Origin: Thermovirgaceae bacterium | GTDB lineage: Bacteria > Synergistota > Synergistia > Synergistales > Thermovirgaceae | Direction: 5' to 3' | Length of the DNA: 64,000 nt | NCBI GenBank assembly: GCA_040767805.1 | Contig: JAXGNU010000002.1 | Coordinates: 64,001 to 128,000, forward strand | Shown: positions 19,665 through 28,039 of the stretch, piece by piece | How positions within the stretch are numbered: position 1 is the stretch's first letter | Layout of the letters: each line of letters opens with the position of its first letter | The notes under the pieces: model-generated | What the model saw: only the letters and a program-made list of their open reading frames with translations | What the model was told of the DNA's origin: nothing | Database searches by the model: none | Position numbers and translations under genes: made by a program

Positions 19665-19925
19665 CCCTGTCCAGTTTCTCCCTAAGTGGCAAAGGATGCC
19701 TTCAGCGCCCTTCCGGCGGGATCAGCCCATTATCGGCGTCGAGGCTCGCGATAACGCCGTCATCGATCTGTCGATAAAGATCGTATCCCTTTTTTAAGAC
19801 CGTGGGGAACTCGAGGGTACTCCAGGTGATTACCCTCACTCCGCTTGATCTACGACCTCCCCGGGTCGGTGGGCCTGATGCACTTCCGGGTCGGCATGAT
19901 CTTGAATGCGGTATTCTATGTTTCA
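19665..19925 (-). other. Structured non-coding segment, possibly an orphan IS110 non-coding end
   Basis: Several hairpins, no credible CDS; see findings. Confidence 0.35.
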
Positions 19926-19940
19926 TCGTATGGGTGGAAT

Positions 19941-19975
19941 AAAAAAGCAGCCCCTGGGGAAGATCGGGGCTGCTG
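19941..19975 (-). terminator. Terminator downstream of tRNA-Ala
   Basis: GCAGCCCC-loop-GGGGCTGC-TTTTTT on the minus strand. Confidence 0.8.
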
Positions 19976-19984
19976 CCAATATCC

Positions 19985-20059
19985 TGGTGGAGGTTGGGGG
20001 ATTCGAACCCCCGACCCCTTGCATGCCATGCAAGTGCTCTCCCGCTGAGCTAAACCCCC
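19985..20059 (-). tRNA. tRNA-Ala(GGC)
   Basis: Acceptor GGGGGTT/AACCTCC with G3:U70, anticodon arm CTTGC-AT-GGC-AT-GCAAG, encoded CCA. Confidence 0.97.
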
Positions 20060-20184
20060 TTTATTCGACGGCGCTCATTATACGAAGCGGCGGCCCCGCT
20101 GTCAAATAAACGACCTACTCGACCTGCTTCAACTCTGGCAATCAGCCTTTTGTGCTTTCCGGGGCGCGATGGTTCGTCCTCGGC

Positions 20185-20700
20185 TCACTCTTCACCCCTG
20201 GCCTCCCCCTTGGGATCCACCGCTTCGGGTTGGGGCGCGACGTATTTTACATAGGTGACCAGGTCGTCGCCGGTTCGGTAGAAGTCGCGGATCCTGCCGG
20301 CTTCCACGAAGCCGCAGGACCCGTAGAAGTGCCTTTGGCGCCGGTAATCCTCCCTGCCCGAGGTCTCCAGGCGCAGGATGCAGCCGCGGGTCTCCTCCCG
20401 GGCCGCCTCCTCCACCCTGGCCATCAAAGCCTTGCCCAAGCCCTTGCCCTGGAGGGCGGGGTCAACGGCAATCCAGTAGATGTCATATCCTTTTTCGGTC
20501 ATAGGGGTCCTGCCCCATATGAGGAAACCCGACAGGGCCCCTTCTTGCGTTATCCCCTCGAAGCGGTAACCCTCCTCCGGTTTAAGCAGGCAATCCTCCA
20601 GGACCTCATCGAGAACGGCCAGTTCGCGCTCCGTAAAGGCCCCCGTCCTTCTTGCCAAGGGCAACGCGTCCCTGATACTTCCGCGGGATCCTTCTCTCAT
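20185..20700 (-). CDS. GNAT family N-acetyltransferase
   Basis: YWIAVDP..QGKGLGK acetyl-CoA motif, ETSG..Y...R.FY...GF, DFY..GDD; AGGAGG RBS. Confidence 0.9.
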   Translation of the reverse strand: MREGSRGSIRDALPLARRTGAFTERELAVLDEVLEDCLLKPEEGYRFEGITQEGALSGFLIWGRTPMTEKGYDIYWIAVDPALQGKGLGKALMARVEEAAREETRGCILRLETSGREDYRRQRHFYGSCGFVEAGRIRDFYRTGDDLVTYVKYVAPQPEAVDPKGEARGEE

Positions 20701-21703
20701 GGAGCGCCCTCCTGTCCAGTGCCGTGTGGACCAACCTCGCGACCATGCCGGGATAGCTTAATCCCCTCCTGGCGCTCTGCTTGGCGAAACCGCTGTCGAT
20801 GTTAATATCGGGGTTAGGGTTGACTTCCAGGATATAGAGTCTGCCCCTTCTCTCTCTCAGGTCCACCCTGAAGTAGCCCCGGCAACCCATGACCCTGCCG
20901 GCCTCCCTGGAGAGCCTGATGATCTCCTTCCTGGTCCCGGCCGCTATGCCCTCTTCGGGGACCGAGACGGAATTGCGGTACTCATCGCTTTCCGTATCCC
21001 ACTTCGATTCGTAACCCAGGAAGGACCCCGCCCCGGTGCCGGGCGCGTAACGGATGGAGGATACGGCCATCAGATCGTAAGGGTAGGATCCCATGAACCC
21101 CGTGTTGTACTCCCTGCCATCGATATACTCCTCGACGATCAGTCCGTCGGGGAAAAGAGCAAGCCTCTCGTCGAGAAGCCTGGGCAGGTCATCCTCGGAG
21201 GCCACCAGGGACCTGTTATCGATGCCGACGCTGCTGTCTTCCATCCTGGGTTTGACAAAGAGAGGGTACTTCAGCCCCTCCGCGATATTACGTCCATAGC
21301 CGGGCAGAACGCACCTCCCCGGTGCCACGGGCAACCCTGCCGCCTCCAGGGTCCTCCTCGCCAGGTCCTTGTCGAGGCAGAGGGCAAGTGCCCTGGAGGG
21401 GTTGCCGGTGAAGGGGATGCCCATTGATTCAAGGATCTCGGCGAACCTGATTTCCAGGTAGGAGGCCTCGCTGAACCCCTCGAAGAGGTTGAAGACGCAG
21501 TCCGGTGAGCGCTCCCTGAGTTTCCTGGTCACCCCGCCCTTGATGAAGAGGTCTTCCTTGAAGATATCGACGGGGTATGCCCGGAACCCCCTGGAAAGGA
21601 GCCCCTCGATAACGCTCTGCCTGCAGCGCAGGACGTCGAGAACGTCCTCCCGGTCGGTCTCTTCCCTTCCCGCCACGACGGCGACGGTCTTCTCAGGCAG
21701 CAT
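20606..21703 (-). CDS. D-Ala-D-Ala-ligase-like ATP-grasp protein (paralog 2)
   Basis: FNLFEG, IPFTGN, LCLDK, VKP..EDSSVGI, VEEYIDGREY, RVDLR and EVNPNPD motifs; lacks the canonical Ddl HG..GEDG. Confidence 0.85.
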   Translation of the reverse strand: MLPEKTVAVVAGREETDREDVLDVLRCRQSVIEGLLSRGFRAYPVDIFKEDLFIKGGVTRKLRERSPDCVFNLFEGFSEASYLEIRFAEILESMGIPFTGNPSRALALCLDKDLARRTLEAAGLPVAPGRCVLPGYGRNIAEGLKYPLFVKPRMEDSSVGIDNRSLVASEDDLPRLLDERLALFPDGLIVEEYIDGREYNTGFMGSYPYDLMAVSSIRYAPGTGAGSFLGYESKWDTESDEYRNSVSVPEEGIAAGTRKEIIRLSREAGRVMGCRGYFRVDLRERRGRLYILEVNPNPDINIDSGFAKQSARRGLSYPGMVARLVHTALDRRALHERRIPRKYQGRVALGKKDGGLYGARTGRSR

Positions 21704-22781
21704 TTCGGTTCCTGGCCTTCATCGAGGTCCGGGGCCACCGGAGCCCCTGCCTCTGGAACGCTTCCTTCAGGATACCCCTCAAGAGGGAGGGGAAATCGCC
21801 GCCGCTCAGCCTGTAGAGGATGGGCAGGTCACTGTAGGCTTCGGAGATCCCCGGGAGCGGGTTGATATCTATCGCCTTCGGTACGCCTTCGACGTCGAGG
21901 CGGAAATCCACCCTGGTGACATCCCTCAGTTCAAGGATGCGGAACACCTTCAAGGCCTCCGCTCCTACGGCTTTCCGCAGGTGCGGGTCGATCGTCTCCA
22001 GGCCCAGGTAACGCACCTTCTCCTTCCAATCCCTCTTGTGGTCCAGGGAATAGACGGTCTTCCCCTTCACAGCCTGAGGGTCTATGGCCATCATCCCGAT
22101 GACGGCCGGGTTCCTGTTGCCCATTATGCCGACGGTTATCTCCACCCCTGGGAGGAACTCCTCCACCAGGGCCGGCTGGTTGTAATTTTTCCATATCCTG
22201 CGCACCCTGTCGGCCATATCGACGGGATTGTCCACGACCGAGTCGGCGAAGACTCCCTTGGAAGAACCTTCCCATCTCGGCTTGACGATGTATTCTCTGT
22301 GCTTTTCAAAGATGGACAGGGCACCCCCTAGGTCCTTCTCGGCGGAGAACATGTAAAGGTCCGGGACGGCGGCCCCCCCGCCCGCGAGCACATGGTGGGT
22401 CAGCCACTTGTCCAGGGTGACGGCTATGGCTGTTGAGTCGGACCCGGAAAAGGGGATCCCCAGGCTCTCAAGGACGCTGGGAACCTGCGATTCCCTTCCC
22501 CTTGTGGTCCCTCGGCCTTCGGCTATGTTCAAGACGAAGTCGGGAGGGTTTTGGGAGATCCTCTCGAGAAAGGTCTCGTCCTGTTCGTAACGCTCGGTCT
22601 CGAAACCGAGTTGCTTGATCTCCCTTTCGAGGGTTTCGATCGTTTCCAGGCAGTCATATTCCTCGTAACGGTCGTCCGACTCGCCTGGAAGCAAGTCCTT
22701 TTTCTTCAGGTTGAAGGTGATGCCGATCCGCCGGACCGGGCCAGCACCGCTGAAGGATGATCCAGGATCTTCCTTCTTCAT
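21693..22781 (-). CDS. D-Ala-D-Ala-ligase-like ATP-grasp protein (paralog 1)
   Basis: IGITFNLK..EEYD..ETI, NIAEG...RESQVP..LE, VKP..EGSSKG, VEEFLPG.EITVG, RVDFR and INPLPG motifs. Confidence 0.88.
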   Translation of the reverse strand: MKKEDPGSSFSGAGPVRRIGITFNLKKKDLLPGESDDRYEEYDCLETIETLEREIKQLGFETERYEQDETFLERISQNPPDFVLNIAEGRGTTRGRESQVPSVLESLGIPFSGSDSTAIAVTLDKWLTHHVLAGGGAAVPDLYMFSAEKDLGGALSIFEKHREYIVKPRWEGSSKGVFADSVVDNPVDMADRVRRIWKNYNQPALVEEFLPGVEITVGIMGNRNPAVIGMMAIDPQAVKGKTVYSLDHKRDWKEKVRYLGLETIDPHLRKAVGAEALKVFRILELRDVTRVDFRLDVEGVPKAIDINPLPGISEAYSDLPILYRLSGGDFPSLLRGILKEAFQRQGLRWPRTSMKARNRNAA

Positions 22782-23120
22782 TTCTTATTCGCCCCCTGCG
22801 TTGATGGATACACCGACCCTTAGGCCGGTGCCGTGACTGGTGATATGCCCCGTCATCCAGTCCTTCGAAAGACTTCACCTCCGCCTTCGAGCCCGGCGTC
22901 CCTTCCTCCACATCCAATGCCGCTTTCGCGGCCCTTTCGAGTCCCGCCGACGTACCGGGCTCAAGTGGCTCACCCATCACACCGGCGGTCCTTTCCGGAA
23001 GATCAGCGCCCGGGGGCCTTAAGGGGGCTTATTGGCGCCGACCTTGATGCGAGGTCGAAGGCCGGACTCTCGATATGCCTCTTTCTTCGCGGATTATACA
23101 TCCCTTTTTCTAGATTACAA
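22782..23120 (-). promoter_or_regulatory. Promoter and ~300-nt structured 5' leader of the ATP-grasp operon
   Basis: TTGTAA-16 nt-TATAAT at 23120-23093; multiple hairpins, two with GAAA loops. Confidence 0.5.
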
Positions 23121-23184
23121 TAGGCGTGGGAAAGCAATTTTACGGCACCGGCGAGCTTTTTCCAGGAGTGGGGGGTTGACGGGA

Positions 23185-24921
23185 ATGAAAGGGAAAAGAT
23201 TGGCAAAAAGCGCGGCGGCAGCGTTGCTCCTGGTCATACTGATCGCTGCCATGACCTCCGTTTCCCCGGCGGCCACCAGGGCGGAAGTGATCGACGTCAT
23301 AGTCTCCTCCCTGGGCCTTCCCGTATGGGCGGGTGAGAAGCATTTCTCCGATATCGGGCCTGACCACCGCTACGGCCGCTCCGTGGAGACGGCGTCGGCC
23401 CTGGGCATTCTCGATCCGGCTGAGCGTTTTTACCCCGATATGGAGGCGACCAGGGCCGAGGCGGTAATGTTCGCGCTCCAGTCGATGGGCCTCCGTCACG
23501 AAGCCTCGATAACGAACTCCCTTGGGCCGGGAAGCTGGCCGAACCTCCCGGTCTTCATCTCGCCCTACATGACCCTGGCCTCGCAGATAAAACCATCGCC
23601 CCCTCGGCAGTTCCTGCTGGAGCCGCGGGAAGGGGTATCGCGGCAAGATCTCTTATCATTGGGGTCCTGGCTGAGGGAGTGCTCCCTGGGGCTGTCCTGG
23701 CAAAAGGAGTTCAAAGGGGAGGATTCGGTCCTTGTCCTCCGGCGCGACCATGTTGGAAGGCCCCCATCGTGCTGGGGAGTCCAATCGGTCGAGTTCGAGG
23801 AACCCGAAGAGGCCGAAAAGGCGGCGGTGGCCCTTCGGAAGACCGGTGTGATGGCGACGGTGCACAAGCTGGAGTGGACCTGGGTCGTGAGGGTCGGGCC
23901 CTTCCAGCATTACATGGAAGCCTGGGAAACCATGATGAAGATACCCACGCCGGAAATGACGGTAGTCCCTTTCGGTGACGACCCGGGCAGGGCGCTCTTT
24001 ATCGCTGCCCTGGGTTTCGACCCCGCTGTATCCCCACCGAGGATAGTGACCGCCGCCTCCATATCGGGAAAGCGGCTTCCCCTGGGGATAATAGCCGAGA
24101 ATTCCGGCGCCCGGGGAGCCATAAACGGCGGTTTCTTCAGCGGGACCAGGATCGTCGGTTCCCTGGTGACGGGGGCAAAGCCCCTGAGCGGGCCCCACGG
24201 CGCCAGGTCCGCCATGGGGTGGAGCCGGGACGGCCTCAAGGTCCATTTTGGGAGGGGGGATTTCAAAACCTTTCTTTCCTTCGGCGGGAAGGAACTCGCC
24301 GTGTCGGGCATGAACAGTATCCCTCCCCCGGGAGGGATAGGGGTGTTCACCCCCGACGTCTGGAGCTACGTCACCGGCGCCCCCGCCGACGGCTGGGAGG
24401 TGACCGTGAAGGGGGGCATTGTCACAGGTGTCAGGCACGCCTCCACGTCAAACCACTTTGTAACCAGGGAGGGCTTCCTGGTCATAGGCCGCGGGGCCGC
24501 CGGAGAACTCCTCAGGGACGTCCCGCCGGGGACTCCTCTTTCTCTAAGGATCCAATGGATCGACCAGGGTTTCTCGGGGCTCGATAATATCCTGCAGGCG
24601 GGGCCCATGCTGGTGAAGGGCGGGGAAAAGGTCTTCGACCCGGAGGGCTTCAGCCCGAGGACGTTGTCGGTACCTCACCCCAGATCCTTAGTGGGCAGCG
24701 ACGGTGAAAGGCTCTGGTTCGTGGTCATCGACGGGAGGGACCCCTGGCACAGCGTCGGTACGACCATAGCCGAAACGGCGGCGGCCGCCGAAAGGCTCGG
24801 CTTGATTGACGCCCTGAACCTAGATGGTGGGGGCTCCTCATCGATCTGGTGGTCGGGGAAGATCGTCAACCTCCCGCCCGGAGGAGTTGTGCGGCCTGTC
24901 CCTTACGCCCTTGTCTTCTGA
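23185..24921 (+). CDS. Exported phosphodiester glycosidase (NAGPA/DUF2233) family protein with SLH-like and SPOR-like domains
   Basis: Signal peptide; FSDI..DH...TRAEA (SLH-like); VRVGPF (SPOR-like); INGGFF, HPRS.VG, IDGR and NLDGGGSS motifs. Confidence 0.85.
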   Translation: MKGKRLAKSAAAALLLVILIAAMTSVSPAATRAEVIDVIVSSLGLPVWAGEKHFSDIGPDHRYGRSVETASALGILDPAERFYPDMEATRAEAVMFALQSMGLRHEASITNSLGPGSWPNLPVFISPYMTLASQIKPSPPRQFLLEPREGVSRQDLLSLGSWLRECSLGLSWQKEFKGEDSVLVLRRDHVGRPPSCWGVQSVEFEEPEEAEKAAVALRKTGVMATVHKLEWTWVVRVGPFQHYMEAWETMMKIPTPEMTVVPFGDDPGRALFIAALGFDPAVSPPRIVTAASISGKRLPLGIIAENSGARGAINGGFFSGTRIVGSLVTGAKPLSGPHGARSAMGWSRDGLKVHFGRGDFKTFLSFGGKELAVSGMNSIPPPGGIGVFTPDVWSYVTGAPADGWEVTVKGGIVTGVRHASTSNHFVTREGFLVIGRGAAGELLRDVPPGTPLSLRIQWIDQGFSGLDNILQAGPMLVKGGEKVFDPEGFSPRTLSVPHPRSLVGSDGERLWFVVIDGRDPWHSVGTTIAETAAAAERLGLIDALNLDGGGSSSIWWSGKIVNLPPGGVVRPVPYALVF

Positions 24922-25793
24922 CCGACCGCCCTGAGCCCTTCGGGGGAACGGAGCCAGACATCCATCTGCGGGAAGGGTATCGTGATGCCCTCGGCGTCGA
25001 AGGCCTCCTTCAGGCGCAGGCGGTATTCCATTCCGATGGTCCAGTGTTCACCCGGGGTGGTCCTTATGAGGGCCCTTAATGAGACCGCTCGCTCATCGAA
25101 GGAGAGGATCCCCTGGACCCGTGGATCTTCCCTCACCTTGTCGGGAAAGTCCTTTTTGAGGTCCCTGCCCACCCTCTCCATCACACCCAGGGCCTTGCGC
25201 ACGTCCGAATCGTAGGAGACCCCCACCACGACCTGGGCCTGGGACCAGTACTTGGTGGCGTTCACCAGTTCGGTGATCCTGCCGTTGGGGATGATGATGT
25301 AGTTTCCATCGAGGTCCGAAAGGTGGGTGGTCCTGAGGGTGAAGTTCTCGACCACGCCGAAGTACTCGCCGATCTTCACCACGTCCCCGACGGAGAAATG
25401 GTCTTCCACCACGACGAAGATACCGTTTAGGAAATCCCTGATTATGTTCTGGGCCGCCAGGGAGACTGCCAGCCCGGCAATGCCGAGCCCTGTCAGTATG
25501 GGCATGATGTTGACATTGATCGTGCCGAGGAAGGTCAGGAAAGCGACCGCCCCGAGGCCCCACCTCAGGAGGTCGATGACCAGGCTTTTGAGCGTGCCGA
25601 GCCTCTTGACCCTCGACGCGCGCTCGTGGTCGTCGAGCTGGGCCGTCGCACCGTTGCGGAGCCTTGATATTCCCCCATCGAAAAGCCTTCCGGCCAGTTT
25701 TACGAGGACCCGGTCCGCTATGTACCACCCCAAGATAACCAGGACGGGCATGACAAGCCTGTTCATGTTCGCCTGGAGGGACGCCCATTCCAT
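24903..25793 (-). CDS. mscS: Small-conductance mechanosensitive channel
   Basis: G.AGLAVSLAAQN.I.D...G, F.VGD.V, IPNG.I and GI.IPFPQ motifs. Confidence 0.9.
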   Translation of the reverse strand: MEWASLQANMNRLVMPVLVILGWYIADRVLVKLAGRLFDGGISRLRNGATAQLDDHERASRVKRLGTLKSLVIDLLRWGLGAVAFLTFLGTINVNIMPILTGLGIAGLAVSLAAQNIIRDFLNGIFVVVEDHFSVGDVVKIGEYFGVVENFTLRTTHLSDLDGNYIIIPNGRITELVNATKYWSQAQVVVGVSYDSDVRKALGVMERVGRDLKKDFPDKVREDPRVQGILSFDERAVSLRALIRTTPGEHWTIGMEYRLRLKEAFDAEGITIPFPQMDVWLRSPEGLRAVGQKTRA

Positions 25794-25896
25794 AAAGGTT
25801 CCTCCTTCCGCACCGTGTGGGTCGGCAGCTTCCAGCCGCTTTTGATTATACTTGATGCGGGTCCGGTCAAAGGCAGCTCCAGGAAAGGAGGCGGCG

Positions 25897-26208
25897 ATGA
25901 TGGCGAAGGTGATCGCCGAAGTAGTGATCGTACCCTACGGGACCGGCACGACGAGCCTGAGCGGTTACGTGGCCGGGGTCGAAAGGAAGCTCAAGGAGTA
26001 CGGACTCGAAACGATGCTGACCCCCATGGGCACCATCGTCGAAGGCGACCTCGACGTGGTGCTTCAGGCCGTCAGGGCGGCCCACGAGGTACCCTTCAGC
26101 CAGGGGGCCCTCAGGGTGGGCACCACCGTGAGGATTGACGAAAGGCGGGACAAGGAGATCTCCATGGAGAGCAAGGTCCGGTCGGTGGAGGAAAAACTCC
26201 GGGGATAG
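25897..26208 (+). CDS. MTH1187 family (thiamine-binding-like) protein
   Basis: VP.GTG..S.S.YVA, LTPMGT.VEG and IDER.DK motifs; AGGAGG RBS. Confidence 0.88.
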   Translation: MMAKVIAEVVIVPYGTGTTSLSGYVAGVERKLKEYGLETMLTPMGTIVEGDLDVVLQAVRAAHEVPFSQGALRVGTTVRIDERRDKEISMESKVRSVEEKLRG

Positions 26209-26292
26209 GCCATAGAAAACCCGGACGGGGGAGCCGCCGCCCGGGGTCACCAAATCCCTTGGGCCGGAGGGCCCGCTGCCGCCGGGTGAGGG

Positions 26293-26754
26293 TTACCCTC
26301 CGTCTGCGGCCTCTTTCCCCAGGGTGCCGGTTTCCACGTCGGGAATGTAGCGGCCCAGGATCCTCTTCACCTCGGGTTCGTCGCTCCTGTCGAAGAGCAC
26401 CCTGATCCCCGTTACGCCCCTTTCGAAGAAGCACATCATCCTCGAGCCCCTGTAGGCGAAATTGACGTACTGCACTTCCTCCCAGGGGATGGTGGTCGAA
26501 TGGCTGGTAATCCAGGTCCTGGTCTGCCTGACTATCCCTTCCGGCGAGAGCACGATCCTCTTGTCAAAACCTGACACATAGGCCAGGACAGCCCCGACGA
26601 GGATCTTGTGAAACGCGAAGGAGCGCATGCCGTCGCCGACGAGGAGTATTCCCACCACCAGGGCGAACCATTTCATCCATTTGGGGAAGGGCGTGCCGGA
26701 AAGCGATACAAGTAGTTCCTCCACGGCGGGCTCCTCCTGTCTTTTACCCTTCAT
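26293..26754 (-). CDS. Hypothetical membrane protein (two TM helices plus PH-like beta domain)
   Basis: Starts 8 nt after the kamA stop; hydrophobic N-terminal half; IPWEEV motif. Confidence 0.6.
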   Translation of the reverse strand: MKGKRQEEPAVEELLVSLSGTPFPKWMKWFALVVGILLVGDGMRSFAFHKILVGAVLAYVSGFDKRIVLSPEGIVRQTRTWITSHSTTIPWEEVQYVNFAYRGSRMMCFFERGVTGIRVLFDRSDEPEVKRILGRYIPDVETGTLGKEAADGG

Positions 26755-26761
26755 GACCCCG

Positions 26762-28039
26762 TCACCGGCCTTTTTTGCTCCTCTCCCGTCGGTCGAGATG
26801 GGCCGGTTCGAGCGAGAGCAGGTCCCCCTCGAACAGCTTTATTAGCCCCTCCCTCGACAGCTTCCTCTGCCTGGCGGTGTACTCCTCCCAGTGGTAGAGG
26901 TCCTCGGGGTGGCTCTGGTTGTCGTCGGGTTCGGTGTAGACCGTGAGGACCCCCTCGTAGTTGCGCAGTATGACCTTACGGTCCGACTGGCTGACCACGT
27001 AATTGGGGCCGACGGGGATCTTGCCGCCCCCGCCGGGGGCGTCCACGATGAACAGCGGCTGGGCCATCCCGGTGGTATGGCCCCGCAGGTACTCTATGAT
27101 CTGGATGCCCTTGCCGACGCTGGTCCTGAAGTGTTCTATCCCTTCCGAGAGATCGCACTGGTAGATGTAGTAGGGGTTGACCCGTATCTTCAGCAGCCTC
27201 TGGCTCAGCTCCCTCATGAGGTAAGGGCAGTCGTTGATGCCCTTGAGGAGGACCGACTGGTTGCCCAGGGGCACCCCGGCGTCAGCCAGCCTCGCGCAAG
27301 CCTCGGTCGATTCCTTCGTGATCTCCTTCGGGTGGTTGAACTGGGTGTTGAGCCAGACGGGGTGGTACTTCCTGAGCATGGAACAAAGTTTGTCCGTAAT
27401 CCTCTGGGGGCATACGACGGGCATCCTGGTCCCCAGGCGGACGAAGTCCACGTGGGGTATCGACCGGAGTTCCGAGATGACCCACTCGAGCCTGTCGTCA
27501 TCGACGGTCAAGGGGTCCCCACCGGAGAGGAGCACGTCCCGGAAGGTCGGGGTCCTCCGGACGTACTCGATCCCTTTTTTGATCTGTTCATCGCCGTAAG
27601 CTTTATCGGTCTCCCCGGCGTGCCGCCTCCTGGTGCAGTGGCGGCAATACATGCTGCACTGGTCAGTGATGAGGAAGAGCCCCCGGTCGGGGTAGCGGTG
27701 GGTCAAGCCGGGGACGGGCGAGTCCACGTCCTCGTGAAGGGGGTCAAGAAGGTCGGCCTTGCCCAGCCTGGTCTCCTTTTCAGTGGGGACCGCCTGCATC
27801 CTGATGGGGCACCTCGGGTCGCCGGGGTCCATCAGCGACGCGAAATAAGGGGTAATGGCCATCCGGAGTTTCCCTAGGCTCCTACCTACAGACTCGGCCT
27901 CATCATCGTCGATGTCGATGACCTGCCTCAGCTGGTCGACCGTCACAATGCGGTTCGCGACCTGCCACTTCCAGTCATTCCACTCCTCGTCGGAAACCCC
28001 TTTCCACAGGGGCACCCCTTTCCTGTTTAGCGAGGGCAT
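26762..28039 (-). CDS. kamA: Lysine 2,3-aminomutase (radical SAM/PLP)
   Basis: WNDWKWQ, THRYPDR, CSMYCRHCTRRR, LSGGDP, GNQSVLL, YQCD and DAPGGGGK (PLP lysine) motifs; GGAGG RBS. Confidence 0.93.
   Translation of the reverse strand: MPSLNRKGVPLWKGVSDEEWNDWKWQVANRIVTVDQLRQVIDIDDDEAESVGRSLGKLRMAITPYFASLMDPGDPRCPIRMQAVPTEKETRLGKADLLDPLHEDVDSPVPGLTHRYPDRGLFLITDQCSMYCRHCTRRRHAGETDKAYGDEQIKKGIEYVRRTPTFRDVLLSGGDPLTVDDDRLEWVISELRSIPHVDFVRLGTRMPVVCPQRITDKLCSMLRKYHPVWLNTQFNHPKEITKESTEACARLADAGVPLGNQSVLLKGINDCPYLMRELSQRLLKIRVNPYYIYQCDLSEGIEHFRTSVGKGIQIIEYLRGHTTGMAQPLFIVDAPGGGGKIPVGPNYVVSQSDRKVILRNYEGVLTVYTEPDDNQSHPEDLYHWEEYTARQRKLSREGLIKLFEGDLLSLEPAHLDRRERSKKGR

Noticed and set aside
19665..19925. SRP RNA, 6S RNA, RNase P RNA or tmRNA
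   Set aside because: No SRP helix-8 motif (CAGG..GGAA..AGCAG), no RNase P GAGGAAAGTCC, no tRNA-like ends, and no single long 6S-type rod.
20185..22980. Microviridin/graspetide RiPP cluster (two ATP-grasps + GNAT)
   Set aside because: The ligases are Ddl-like rather than RimK/MvdCD-like, and no PFFARFL leader or TxKxPSD core peptide is present.
22960..23090. Lysine riboswitch (AGAGGC...GAGAGT...GAAAGG...GCCG resemblance)
   Set aside because: The GCCGAA, ACTGTC and GxGCGCT core elements and the P1 pairing are not found; it is kept only as an unknown leader.
26762..28039. Glutamate 2,3-aminomutase or EpmB instead of KamA
   Set aside because: The lysine-binding Asp residues (YQCD, DAPGG) and the long WxDWxWQ N-terminus are present, and efp/epmA are not adjacent.
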